Source: Alphaproteobacteria bacterium
GTDB lineage: Bacteria; Pseudomonadota; Alphaproteobacteria; UBA11073
Assembly: GCA_965246945.1 (NCBI GenBank)
Contig: CBDFFW010000001.1
Location: forward strand, 90,796 to 154,795
Length of the DNA stretch: 64,000 bases
Reading direction: 5' to 3'
Shown: positions 37,659-47,266 of the stretch, piece after piece
How positions within the stretch are numbered: position 1 is the stretch's first letter
How the letters are laid out: the number at the start of each line of letters is the position of its first letter
The notes under the pieces: generated by a model
The model's input: only the letters and a program-made list of their open reading frames with translations
Told to the model about the DNA's origin: nothing
Databases searched by the model: none
Program-made: the position numbers and the translations under genes

Positions 37659-38072
37659 TTATGCTGCAGAATAAAGCGGAGAATTACCGGTTCTAAGCGG
37701 CACTGTATTTGCATCAGGTGTTTCTGTGCATGAGTATTTGCCAAGATCAAATGCAATGGTAATCCCTAATGCCTGCGCAAACGCCGCTGGGGTTGCATCC
37801 GTAAACGTTTTGGGTTTTCCCTGATAGCCTTGCATGGCAGCCGCTAAACCTTTGAAAAGGGTTGCTTCATCTTGATTGCTGGTTTCCGCCTTACGGCGCA
37901 ATTGAGCCTCTGTATAAAAATACATGACATTCCTTGTTGTTTTTTGAGCTGACCCTGGCCGGCATGTTTCAATTGTCAATAAAACAGGCAATTGTCTGCT
38001 GCCAGCCAAATTAACGGTAGGAAAAGCGCGTATCCGTCTGCCAGATGTTTTCAGGTCAAAAATAGCTTTCAT
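37659..38072 (-). CDS. Hypothetical ORF between pal and ybgF; may be shorter or spurious
   Basis: ORF only, 137 aa, with no motif. It occupies the pal-ybgF spacer on the same strand. Confidence 0.25.
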   Translation of the reverse strand: MKAIFDLKTSGRRIRAFPTVNLAGSRQLPVLLTIETCRPGSAQKTTRNVMYFYTEAQLRRKAETSNQDEATLFKGLAAAMQGYQGKPKTFTDATPAAFAQALGITIAFDLGKYSCTETPDANTVPLRTGNSPLYSAA

Positions 38073-38187
38073 TTATATCTTCTTTTAAAAGGGGATAAAT
38101 ACATCATTTGATCGATTTTACAACAATTAATAAAAAAAGCCCTGCTACTGATAAGGTGGCAGGGCTGAGCTTTAATAACTACTTAGC

Positions 38188-38712
38188 TTATTGAACAACA
38201 GTTACACCGCGGCGGTTTTGTGACCAGGCGGTTTCATCGCTGCCAGGAACAGCCGGACGCTCTTTACCATAAGAAATGGTTTTGATGCTGCCATCGCCGA
38301 TGCCTTGAGCAACCAAGTAAGTTTTAACGGCAGTCGCCCGGCGTTCGCCCAAGGCCAAGTTGTATTCACGCGTGCCGCGCTCATCGCAATGGCCTTCAAT
38401 GGTGATAGATAAGTTCGGGCGGGCCTTCAACCACGCAGCTTGTTTATCCAAAGTGGTACGCGCTTCGGATGATAATTCGCTGCTGTCAAAGGCAAAAAAT
38501 ACGCGGTCGCCTGCTTCAACTTGCAAAGTTTGGTTATTGCCTTCGCTACCGATTCCAGATGGCGTTACACCGGTATTGCCGTAATCAACTGGGGCATTAG
38601 ACGCTTGGCCAGGGCCAGCATTTACCTGGCTCATGCCATCGGTTTCTGGGTCAGAGCTGCAGGCTGCCAATAATAAGGTTGCAGCGGCAAGTGGCAATAA
38701 TGCTTTATACAT
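38188..38712 (-). CDS. pal: Peptidoglycan-associated lipoprotein Pal (OmpA-like domain)
   Basis: 174 aa. Lipobox (LLLAACSS). OmpA_C motif (FAFDSSELSSEA ... ITIEGHCDERGTREYNLALGERRA). Confidence 0.9.
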   Translation of the reverse strand: MYKALLPLAAATLLLAACSSDPETDGMSQVNAGPGQASNAPVDYGNTGVTPSGIGSEGNNQTLQVEAGDRVFFAFDSSELSSEARTTLDKQAAWLKARPNLSITIEGHCDERGTREYNLALGERRATAVKTYLVAQGIGDGSIKTISYGKERPAVPGSDETAWSQNRRGVTVVQ

Positions 38713-38776
38713 AGGTATTCTCCGTTTTTGAGCGTAATTAAGAAGTTGATTCTTGGATTTAAGATAAGCAATTACC

Positions 38777-40075
38777 TTAGTTTAGCAAGCCTGACCATGC
38801 AGGATCTGACCCATCTAGAGGGGTAATCAGCTTACGCTGGTTCATGCCGGTTAAATCGACGGTTGAAATTTGGCTGCGCCCACCCCAGCTTTCAAAGAAC
38901 ATCAGCACGCGCCCGTTGGGTGCCCAGGTCGGCCCTTCCGGATGTGAACCCTGCGCAATCAGGCGCTCGCCCGAACCATCCGGCCGCATGACCCCAACAT
39001 AAAACTGCCCACCCCGAATTTTGGTAAAGGCAATCAAATCGCCGCGCGGTGACCATACCGGTGTGCCGTAATCCCCTTGGCCAAAGCTAATCCGGTGCGG
39101 ATTACCACCATTGGCATCCATCACATAAATCTGCTGGCGGCCGCCCCGATCGGATTCAAACGTAATTTGCCGCATATCTTGGCTATATGACCCGCCGGTG
39201 CTGATCGATGGGTGATTGGTCAATTGCTGTACGCGCTGGCTGCTTAAATCCATGCTGTAAATATTGGAATTAGCACCTTTGGACAGGGTAAATAACATGC
39301 TGCGGCCATCGGGCGCGAACCGCGGCGCAAAGGTCATGCCCGTGAATTCGCCCAAAATGCGCTGCTGGCCAGTTTCCAGGTTAAATAGATAAACCCGCGG
39401 CCGGTCGTTGCGGTAAGATAAAAAGGTGATTTCATTGGCCGCCGGATTAAAGCGGGGCGTGAGCACCAAATCCGAACCATCGGTTAAAAACCGGTGATTG
39501 GCACCATCTTGGTCCATGATCGCCAGGCGCTTAACCCGTTTAATCTGCGGGCCACTTTCTGCCACATAAACAATGCGGGTATCAAAATAACCGCTTTCGC
39601 CGGTGATGCGGTTATAAATCACATCGGCAATTTTATGGGCAATCCGCCGCCAATTTTCTGGTGTGGTCGTATAGGCCAAACCGGCAATTTGCTGGCTAGA
39701 GAAAATATCATAAAGCCTAAATTCCACACGCAGTTGCCCGCCACCCGCATCGGTTACTTTACCGGCGACCAAAGCCTGCGCATTTAACACTCTCCAATCG
39801 GGATAGCGCGGACCGGCCTGTAATTCGCTTGGTGATTGAATAAAACTGGCTTTGGCAATCGGCCGAAACAAGCCTGAGCGTTCGAGATCGGCGGCGACTA
39901 CGCCACTGATATTGGTCGCCGCTGTCGCAGCTGCACCAGCACTAGCACTGAAAAAATCGGTGACCGCAATCGGCATTGGATCGTTATTACCGTGGCTGAT
40001 ATCGATATGCAGCGCGGCTTGCGCTTGGCTGGCAAACAATAAGAAGGCAAAAAGTGAAAACAGAATTTTACGCAT
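38777..40075 (-). CDS. tolB: Tol-Pal system beta-propeller protein TolB
   Basis: TolB N-domain plus WD40-like propeller repeats (PxFSPDG-like: FAPRFAPDGRSMLF, PVWSPRGDLIAF, PTWAPNGRVLMF). I chose the start at the Met before the signal peptide. The ORF extends to 40120. Confidence 0.85.
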   Translation of the reverse strand: MRKILFSLFAFLLFASQAQAALHIDISHGNNDPMPIAVTDFFSASAGAAATAATNISGVVAADLERSGLFRPIAKASFIQSPSELQAGPRYPDWRVLNAQALVAGKVTDAGGGQLRVEFRLYDIFSSQQIAGLAYTTTPENWRRIAHKIADVIYNRITGESGYFDTRIVYVAESGPQIKRVKRLAIMDQDGANHRFLTDGSDLVLTPRFNPAANEITFLSYRNDRPRVYLFNLETGQQRILGEFTGMTFAPRFAPDGRSMLFTLSKGANSNIYSMDLSSQRVQQLTNHPSISTGGSYSQDMRQITFESDRGGRQQIYVMDANGGNPHRISFGQGDYGTPVWSPRGDLIAFTKIRGGQFYVGVMRPDGSGERLIAQGSHPEGPTWAPNGRVLMFFESWGGRSQISTVDLTGMNQRKLITPLDGSDPAWSGLLN

Positions 40076-40219
40076 GTGAGTCTTACTATTGTGGCTAAGC
40101 TGCGCCGCTGGCAAATTCAATATCGAATTGATTAAAACTTTGACAATTCAGCCTAACCTATAAATTTTATGCCATTCTCAGCGAAAGCTAGCCTGACGTT
40201 TAAAATTTCGTTTAAATCA

Positions 40220-41194
40220 ACCATGCTTTGGCAACTAACCCTGACCGCGCCAGCGGAATTATGCCTGGCGGCGGAAGACACTTTGGACGTTTGGGCACAA
40301 GCCACCAGCCAGATTTGGGATGATGCGGAAAAGCTGACGGGCCTAGTTGCTTATGCCTCCAACAAACCAGATGCAATATTTTTGTCGCGTTTGGACATAC
40401 TCGCACAGTCGCTGCAGATTACCGATTACCATTATATTATTGCCACGGTGCCGGAAAATGATTGGGTCCAACAGGTATTGAACGAATTAACACCCTTGCA
40501 ACTTGGCCGGTTTTATATCTATGCCAGCCATCATATTGCACCGGCGCGTGATGGCCGCTGGCCATTATGTTTGGATGCAGCGCAAGCCTTCGGCACTGGT
40601 CAGCATGGCAGCACAGCTGGCTGCCTGCTTGCGTTAGATATATTGGCAAAAAAATTACGGCATGTGCCACGCGCTTTGGATATGGGTTGTGGTAGTGGCA
40701 TTCTGGCCATGGCGATGGCGCGTGCCTGGGACGGGCGAGTTGATGCTATCGATAATGATGCGCTGGCCGTACGGGAGACTAAACGCAATGCCAAGCGCAA
40801 TCACTTGCGCAGCAAAATTCATGCTTATCATGGTAACGGCAAATGGCTGCGCCAGCCGCAAATGGCATATGGTCTGCGCCAACAAAAATATAAAGTAATT
40901 TGCGCCAATATTTTAGCCAAGCCGTTGGTTTGGCTTGCACCAAAACTGGCACCACAAGTCGCTGCTGGTGGCTACCTCGTGCTCGCCGGTTTATTGAATC
41001 GTCAGGCACCCATGGTACTTTCGGCTTACCGCCGCCACGGTTTATATTTGTCTAAAGCAATCCGCCAAGGCAACTGGACCACATTGCTTTTGCATAAACC
41101 ATGCCGCAAATTTCATCCCAATAGTTTGCTTGCATCGACCGCTTTGTTCCGGCTAGCCTCAGCCACTAAGTCGGGACGTAGCGCAGTCCGGTAG
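40220..41194 (+). CDS. prmA: Ribosomal protein L11 methyltransferase PrmA; the 3' end may be slightly over-extended into tRNA-Pro
   Basis: MLWQLTLTAPAE... is a typical PrmA start. SAM-binding motif LDMGCGSGILA. The tracked ORF starts at 40169 and overlaps the tRNA by about 23 nt. Confidence 0.75.
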   Translation, partial: TMLWQLTLTAPAELCLAAEDTLDVWAQATSQIWDDAEKLTGLVAYASNKPDAIFLSRLDILAQSLQITDYHYIIATVPENDWVQQVLNELTPLQLGRFYIYASHHIAPARDGRWPLCLDAAQAFGTGQHGSTAGCLLALDILAKKLRHVPRALDMGCGSGILAMAMARAWDGRVDAIDNDALAVRETKRNAKRNHLRSKIHAYHGNGKWLRQPQMAYGLRQQKYKVICANILAKPLVWLAPKLAPQVAAGGYLVLAGLLNRQAPMVLSAYRRHGLYLSKAIRQGNWTTLLLHKPCRKFHPNSLLASTALFRLASATKSGRSAVR

Positions 41195-41248
41195 CGTACT
41201 AGTCTGGGGGACTAGGGGTCGCGGGTTCGAATCCCGCCGTTCCGACCA
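41172..41248 (+). tRNA. tRNA-Pro (anticodon GGG)
   Basis: The acceptor is cgggacg/cgttccg (one G-U pair). The D-arm is agcgcagtccggtagcgt. The anticodon loop is ctgggga. The T-arm is gcggg-ttcgaat-cccgc. An encoded CCA is present. Confidence 0.85.
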
Positions 41249-41408
41249 TTTCATAATCCAACCTCATCCGATACAATCCAAAAATGGCTCTGTATCCCTT
41301 ATATCACAAGGGTTTTAAAGGTTATTCGGATTGGAATGGATTCATCGACATCCGACATTTTTAGGGGTATATATATGGATATATCCAACCCAGCTAGGAT
41401 GTACCCGC

Positions 41409-41600
41409 ATGTTGCTTAGCGAAACCAAAGTCCGTAATGCCAAATCTGAAAGCAAGTCATATAAGCTTACGGATGGCGATGGCATGTTCCTGTTAGTGCA
41501 TTCCAATGGGGGTAAATACTGGCGTCTGCGCTACCGCTTTGGCGGTAAAGAAAAGCTGCACGCCATGGGCACCTATAGAAGAGCTAGGATTAGATTTTAA
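41409..41600 (+). pseudogene. Remnant of a P4-type (DUF4102 N-domain) tyrosine integrase, truncated after about 60 codons
   Basis: MLLSETKVRNAKSESKSYKLTDGDGMFLLVHSNGGKYWRLRYRFGGKEKLHAMGTY matches the conserved integrase N-terminus. The frame then collapses (RRARIRF*). It lies directly downstream of tRNA-Pro and is followed by AT-rich non-coding DNA. Confidence 0.65.
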
Positions 41601-41886
41601 ACGTTATTTTACATTATCAACATCTGAAGTTTACAAACAAATTGAAAAAGGTAGTGCTCAACGTAGATGTGTTTTAAGTAGTCCATATTTGGAACATCTA
41701 ATTTCTAGATACTGTTACTTTCAATCAAGAATAGCACTTCCTTATGATCATGAAAGCGAACCGGACATAAAAGGTAATAATCTTAGGGTATAAATATGGG
41801 TACAATATTTTTCAGAGAATGTAATTATCGTTAACAATCATATATTTAATGTCGTAATATGAAAGTCGCCGTTTCCGACCAACTCT

Positions 41887-42060
41887 TTAGGCTGTGCAGG
41901 TAATGTTGAGATTATTGGCATCTGCTTCTGTTACTAAGCCCTGGGCTATTTTTGCTTTTAATAGGGTTTCAAGGGCTTCGATGTCATGATTGTTGTGCGC
42001 TTCGTTAATCAGCGCTTCTATCGTTGGTGGTAATTCAATTTCATATACTAGCATATTCAT
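41887..42060 (-). CDS. Small hypothetical ORF (57 aa) in the AT-rich integrase-remnant region
   Basis: ORF only (MNMLVYEIELPPTIEALINEAHNNHDIEALETLLKAKIAQG...). It falls below the provided track threshold. Confidence 0.2.
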   Translation of the reverse strand: MNMLVYEIELPPTIEALINEAHNNHDIEALETLLKAKIAQGLVTEADANNLNITCTA

Positions 42061-42227
42061 CTCTGCGGTTTGGTAAGAATGTCAAAATTAAAATCTAATG
42101 CAAGTGCCAAATAATTATTAAATCAGCTGTTAAGCTTTTGGTAAGGTATTTGGTTATTCCAGGTTGCATCCAAATACGCAATTAAATCTGGCGTGGATAC
42201 AATCTGGATAACTATAAGTTGAAACGG

Positions 42228-43799
42228 CTATTTGCCTAGTAGCATAAACAATCCTGGCACTTCATGCCCCATATAAGAACGCACAGTATCTTGTTTAATA
42301 CTTAACACTTGTAAGCCAGTATCGGCAGCTAATTTGCACAGATAGCTTTCTTTATGCGCATAGCGGGCAGTGGGCAAAATGGCATAATGCGGATGCGGAT
42401 CGCTTTCCGGCAAGGCATCGCAACTAAACGCGAACAGACCTTTAGCCACCAATGCCTGGCCAATGCCGTTAAAGACATCACCCAAATCACCGATGAAAGT
42501 AAAAACATCGGCGGCAAAAGCGATATCGTAACTGGCTGGTTCGGCTTTGGTTAAAAACTCGCCCAAATCCGATTTATGCAAAGCGGCATAAAGTTTCTTT
42601 TCTTCGGCCCGTTGTAGCAATTTGCTGGATAAATCCACCCCTTCCAAGCGCAAAGCGATATGCCGCAGCAACAAACCATTCAAACCGGTGCCGCACCCCA
42701 AATCCAAAATCCGGTTGGCTGCAGCCGTCACATCCCGCACGGTTTTTGCTTCCGGTGATTTTAACATATTCACCAAAATACCTGGGGCGCGATGCTGCTG
42801 GTTTTCTTCCAGGGCTTTTTCAAAGGCTTTATCAAAATGGGTATAGAGATCATTCACCAGTTTGATTGGTGTTTTGGCTGGCAGGGGCGCGGTTGCCGGT
42901 GCGGGTGCCACTGTTTCCTTTAAGAAAATTGCCGCTTCGACTTCGGCCCCGCCATTGGTGATAATTTCGCTGTATTGCTGGGCAGCGGCGGCATGATCCC
43001 CTTTGGCTTGCAAAAACTGGCCGTAATGGCGGCGCAATTCTTCATGCTCCGGCGCATAGACCATGCCTTTTAAATAAGCCTGTTCAGCCTCATCATACAT
43101 ATTGCGGCGTTGCAATTCGCGCGCCAAGGCGTGATGCGCTGCGACATAATTCGGTTTTAGGCGCAAGGCTTCTTCAAATAATTCAACTGCCGCATCATAT
43201 TCTTCAGCGCCCGCCATGGCCATGCCAAGTTTATAGGCATATTCTGGATTATGCGGCATGACCTGATACGCGCGCGCATGATATAAAACGGCTTCATCAA
43301 ACATGCCATCTGATTGCAAAATACTGCCAAGGGCATCGGCCAATTCCGGATTTTGCGGATCGCTGCGATGCGCCCGCGCATAGGCTTCAACTGCGCTGAT
43401 CTGTTCGCCCAATGACAGCCGTAAATCGCCTAAGCGGCGATGCAATTCCGAATCTTGCGGAAATTTACTGGTGGCAATTTCCAAATGTTTTTTTAATTCT
43501 TCACTACGCTGCTGTTCGATTAATAAATCTGCTAAGCGGACATAAGCGCCAGGCCCATTGGGGGCGGCAATCATGGCCTGCCGAAAGGCTTTTTCAGCAC
43601 CGGCAATATCACCAATCAGCCATTTGGCATCGCCTTCGGCCACCTGCCGCCAATCTAAATTATCGTAATTAAAGCTGACGCCTTTTAACATTTCCAACGC
43701 TGCTTCGGCAGCTTGTTTGGCAATATCCAACTGGCCGGCGGCATGTGCACGGCGGCCTTCGCCAACTTTTTGGGCAATGGCGGTAATTTGTTCTGACAT
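42228..43799 (-). CDS. TPR-repeat protein with a C-terminal class I SAM-dependent methyltransferase domain
   Basis: 523 aa. Multiple TPR repeats, then the MTase motif I ILDLGCGTGLNG. Confidence 0.7.
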   Translation of the reverse strand: MSEQITAIAQKVGEGRRAHAAGQLDIAKQAAEAALEMLKGVSFNYDNLDWRQVAEGDAKWLIGDIAGAEKAFRQAMIAAPNGPGAYVRLADLLIEQQRSEELKKHLEIATSKFPQDSELHRRLGDLRLSLGEQISAVEAYARAHRSDPQNPELADALGSILQSDGMFDEAVLYHARAYQVMPHNPEYAYKLGMAMAGAEEYDAAVELFEEALRLKPNYVAAHHALARELQRRNMYDEAEQAYLKGMVYAPEHEELRRHYGQFLQAKGDHAAAAQQYSEIITNGGAEVEAAIFLKETVAPAPATAPLPAKTPIKLVNDLYTHFDKAFEKALEENQQHRAPGILVNMLKSPEAKTVRDVTAAANRILDLGCGTGLNGLLLRHIALRLEGVDLSSKLLQRAEEKKLYAALHKSDLGEFLTKAEPASYDIAFAADVFTFIGDLGDVFNGIGQALVAKGLFAFSCDALPESDPHPHYAILPTARYAHKESYLCKLAADTGLQVLSIKQDTVRSYMGHEVPGLFMLLGK

Positions 43800-43981
43800 T
43801 TCGGGCTTCTCCGTCCTGTAATTGAGCTTATGAGCAATAACCTGCTTTAGGTATTTTGGCTAGTGGTGATTGTTTGCAAGTATTTGCATTAAGGACACTA
43901 CCAATACATAAAAGTTATATTTAGTTTGTTTATAACCTGCATGGTAGCGGGAATATTCTAAATGATGAAAAAGAGCCGATC

Positions 43982-45001
43982 ATGACAAATATATTTCCGA
44001 CCTTCCGCGACCTTCTTTTCGCATTTGAAGGAAACGACACATGCTCACCAAAGGCGGCGCACCTCCTTGATTATTTCCATCTTTGTTTGCCCAACCCCCG
44101 AACCCGTGCTGGGTATCAGCGAACCGCTTTGCAGTTCTGTCAGTGGGCCAAAGCGAGGGGATTAACTAGCGTTCGCGCCGTTCAGCCCGCCGATATTGCG
44201 GCCTTTATCACCGAGCGACGCGCACACGTCACGGATACAACAGCGGCAAGTGAGCTAACGGCTTTGCGTGGCTGGTTTCAGCATCTTGCGACCGAGGGGC
44301 ATTTGCCCTTTAGCCCTGCGGCAAGCGTTAAAGGGCCAAGCGGAACCCGAACCGAAAACAAAGCCATTGGCCTAACCGATAAAGAAGTTGCTGCTCTTTT
44401 TAACAGCATAGAAACTAACACCTTAAAGGGTTTGCGCGACCGGGCCATGATTGGCCTTATGCTTTATACAGGTTGCCGCGTTGGAGCCGTATGCGCGATG
44501 CAGGTGCAGGACTTTTACGGCGAAGCAGGTCATTTTTATGTGAGCCTACATGATAAAGAGGGCAGGAACGGCGAAGGCCGTACTGTGGCGATTTCGCATA
44601 AAGCGGCGGGCTATCTTTCCACTTGGCTTGACGCGGCAGGAATCGCCAGTGAGCCAGAAACCCCTTTGTTTCGTTCCATGCCGATCCATTTGCGAAATAA
44701 GCCGTGTCAGCTTACCGAAAACCCAACGCTTATTCAAGATGCTTGGTTCATGGTAAAAGCCCGCTGCCAAAAGGCAGGGCTGGGCCGTGGTTTTACCAAT
44801 CAGAGTTTTCGGGTGACGGCGATTAGCAAACTGCTTGAAAGCGGGGCAACGCTTGGCGAAGTACAGCAAATCGCCGGACACGTAGACGCTCGCACGGCGG
44901 CCTTTTATGACCGCCGCAGCCAAATGGCGACCGCTGATCTGATGGAGCGCATCAACTACGAGAAACCAGCGCAGCGTTTGCGTAAACGGGAACCTGCATA
45001 A
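43982..45001 (+). CDS. Site-specific tyrosine recombinase (phage-integrase/XerC-like family)
   Basis: 339 aa. N-terminal SAM-like domain. Catalytic-domain residues are present (LYTGCRVGAV ... SFRVTAISKLLESG ... GHVDARTAAFYDRR), with Y in the final block. Confidence 0.7.
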   Translation: MTNIFPTFRDLLFAFEGNDTCSPKAAHLLDYFHLCLPNPRTRAGYQRTALQFCQWAKARGLTSVRAVQPADIAAFITERRAHVTDTTAASELTALRGWFQHLATEGHLPFSPAASVKGPSGTRTENKAIGLTDKEVAALFNSIETNTLKGLRDRAMIGLMLYTGCRVGAVCAMQVQDFYGEAGHFYVSLHDKEGRNGEGRTVAISHKAAGYLSTWLDAAGIASEPETPLFRSMPIHLRNKPCQLTENPTLIQDAWFMVKARCQKAGLGRGFTNQSFRVTAISKLLESGATLGEVQQIAGHVDARTAAFYDRRSQMATADLMERINYEKPAQRLRKREPA

Positions 45002-45043
45002 TCGGTGCAGCTAGACATTATATCTAATAATATATTTTCTATA

Positions 45044-45062
45044 CCAATTATTTTTTAATTGG
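45044..45062. terminator. Hairpin between the convergent recombinase and TPR-glycosyltransferase genes; a weak candidate terminator
   Basis: ccaatta-ttttt-taattgg, a 7-bp stem. It overlaps the stop of the minus-strand gene. There is no strong T-run. Confidence 0.3.
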
Positions 45063-47064
45063 GCTGCCTGCACCAGTCCTGCCACATGTAGCGAAATGCG
45101 GCAGCGATGTTTTCAGTAAAACGTTCCCGATTACATAATGGGCTGTCCCACATTTGTTGGCGCAAGGTGCGGCGATATTCGGCGATGCGCGCGCGGTCAT
45201 GGGCCAGGGCCACAACTTTTTGCACATAATCTTGCGCGTCGCTGGCGACCAATTCATCCAACCCAATATTTTTGAGATAGGTTAGTGAATGGCGCGCCGG
45301 AAAAATATCGCCTGGCAAAGTAATAACCGGTACGCCCATCCATAACGCTTCCAGCGTGGTAGTGCTGCCGGTATATGGGAATGGGTCAAGCGCAATATCT
45401 ACTTCGTTATATTTATTCATCAAATCGCGGTGCGGTGCTTGATTTTCAAAATACAATTGATCCGGATTGTTTAATCCCGCAGTAATGAAATGCGCCCGGA
45501 ATAATTTGCTGGTATCCGTTTCGCCAAAGCCAATAAATTTTAACAGTAATTTTGCATTGGGCACTGCATTTAAAATCTGCACCCATAATTCAATACAACG
45601 GGGACTGATTTTAGCCGGTTTATTAAAGCAACCAAAAGTGATGTAACTATTGGTTTCGCACGGGGTTGGCCCAATGGCCGGGCTATCGGTGGGCGGGGTG
45701 AAGCAGATAAAGGCATCCGGCATTTCGTAAATGCGTTCTGAATAATAGGGTTGATGCGCGGCCGGCGTTTGCCATTTATCCCCGATCAGCCAATCAATGG
45801 CGCGCAGGCCAGTGGTGGCCATGTAACCGGCCCAGGTAACTTGGACCGGGGCCGGTTTAATGGTAAACACGCCCAAACGGTTACGATCATTATGACCGGT
45901 GAGATCGACCAAAATATCGATGCCATCTTGCTGGATCAGATTGGCCAATTCACGGTCACCGGTTGACCAAACCTTGCGCCAATTGCCCTGTACCGCACTC
46001 ATAAACCGCGCTGTGAGTAAGTCGCTATCATATTGCATGGCATATAAAAAAACTTCGCAATCAGTGCGCTTGGCCAAATCTTCAATCGTGCGAATGGTGA
46101 ACCAGCCCACGGGATGACCGCGGAAATCGCCTGATACAAAACCCAATTTTAATTTTTTTTGTGGATCAGGTGTATTGGTAAAATGAGCATCTTGCGGTAC
46201 ATGTTTGGCTGCAAACATTTCATACCATTCATCATGCAGGGCTTTTACTTCGGCAATCGTGGTGCCGTCTTTGTGCAATTCGCCAAACAGCAAATTACTA
46301 AATGCTTCAAAGAAAAATGGGTCAACCTGCAGCGCTCGGCGAAAATGATGCACTGCTTCTACATGCCGCGCCTGTGCTGAATATATCACCCCTAAATTAT
46401 TATGGGCACCGGCATATTCTTCTTTAAGTGCCAGGGCCCGCTTTAAAGATGCTTCCGCCCCATCCAGGCGGCCTAACTTACTGAGACAAAGCGATAGATT
46501 GGCATGCACTTCGGCGCGCTCATCATCCAATTTGATCGCTTCTAAAAACGCATTGGCGGCTTCGATATTTTTACCGACATCGGATAAGGCAATGCCCATA
46601 TTATTCCAGGCTTCTAAATTATCGGGATAATCTTTTAACAAAGCGCGGAACTTATCAATCGAATGGCCGACATCGCCGTGAATACGTACTAAAGTGGCAT
46701 GCAGCAACCGTGCCTCGGGAAAGTCTGGCTGTAATTCGAGCGCTTTAACACAATATTCCAACGCTTCATGCTGCATGCCCATAAAATGATAAGCGGTGGC
46801 GAGATTATAATTGGTCGAAACATCATCGGGCTTTATTGTCAGGGCTTGCTGTAGATAGCCGATCGCTTCTTGATGGCGGCCTAAACCGCCCAGGGCTTGG
46901 GCCATATTGTTGAGAATATCAAGGGCTTGCGGCTGTTGGGTTAGAATCTGCTGATAAATTGGCAGGGCTTTGGTGTAATCCTGATCATAAGTAGCTTGCA
47001 ATGCTTGCAGCCGCATATCCTGAATTTCTGCTTCGGAAAAGGGTGCGGGTTGCAAATCAGCCAT
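45055..47064 (-). CDS. TPR-repeat glycosyltransferase, O-GlcNAc-transferase-like (SPINDLY/GT41-like C-domain). Candidate flagellin glycosyltransferase.
   Basis: 669 aa. N-terminal TPRs. The C-terminal half is colinear with COG3914-type OGT-like transferases. It lies divergently upstream of the flagellin gene. Confidence 0.65.
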   Translation of the reverse strand: MADLQPAPFSEAEIQDMRLQALQATYDQDYTKALPIYQQILTQQPQALDILNNMAQALGGLGRHQEAIGYLQQALTIKPDDVSTNYNLATAYHFMGMQHEALEYCVKALELQPDFPEARLLHATLVRIHGDVGHSIDKFRALLKDYPDNLEAWNNMGIALSDVGKNIEAANAFLEAIKLDDERAEVHANLSLCLSKLGRLDGAEASLKRALALKEEYAGAHNNLGVIYSAQARHVEAVHHFRRALQVDPFFFEAFSNLLFGELHKDGTTIAEVKALHDEWYEMFAAKHVPQDAHFTNTPDPQKKLKLGFVSGDFRGHPVGWFTIRTIEDLAKRTDCEVFLYAMQYDSDLLTARFMSAVQGNWRKVWSTGDRELANLIQQDGIDILVDLTGHNDRNRLGVFTIKPAPVQVTWAGYMATTGLRAIDWLIGDKWQTPAAHQPYYSERIYEMPDAFICFTPPTDSPAIGPTPCETNSYITFGCFNKPAKISPRCIELWVQILNAVPNAKLLLKFIGFGETDTSKLFRAHFITAGLNNPDQLYFENQAPHRDLMNKYNEVDIALDPFPYTGSTTTLEALWMGVPVITLPGDIFPARHSLTYLKNIGLDELVASDAQDYVQKVVALAHDRARIAEYRRTLRQQMWDSPLCNRERFTENIAAAFRYMWQDWCRQPN

Positions 47065-47266
47065 AATGCTGGCTTACCGTGCTTTGCCCCAGATCGTCCA
47101 GCTTGGAACACCATCGGCTATTTTAACTAAATTTAGCGAAAATTGCATATGAAGATTCGGTGAATTCGAAATTAACGAAGGTATCTTAACAGATCGTTAA
47201 GAATCTGTATGATATGGTAAGCATTGTCCAAGAAAGGACAGTCAACTTATCCTAGGAGAATTCCAA

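Noticed and set aside
43800-45060. An invertible (phase-variable) segment driven by the tyrosine recombinase next to flagellin
   Set aside because: No flanking inverted repeats could be identified by inspection. It is kept only as a hypothesis in the findings.
47065-47266. Sigma-54 (GG-N10-GC) or sigma-28 promoter upstream of flagellin
   Set aside because: I searched by eye and found no convincing TGGCAC-N5-TTGC or TAAA-N15-GCCGATAA match, so no promoter is called.
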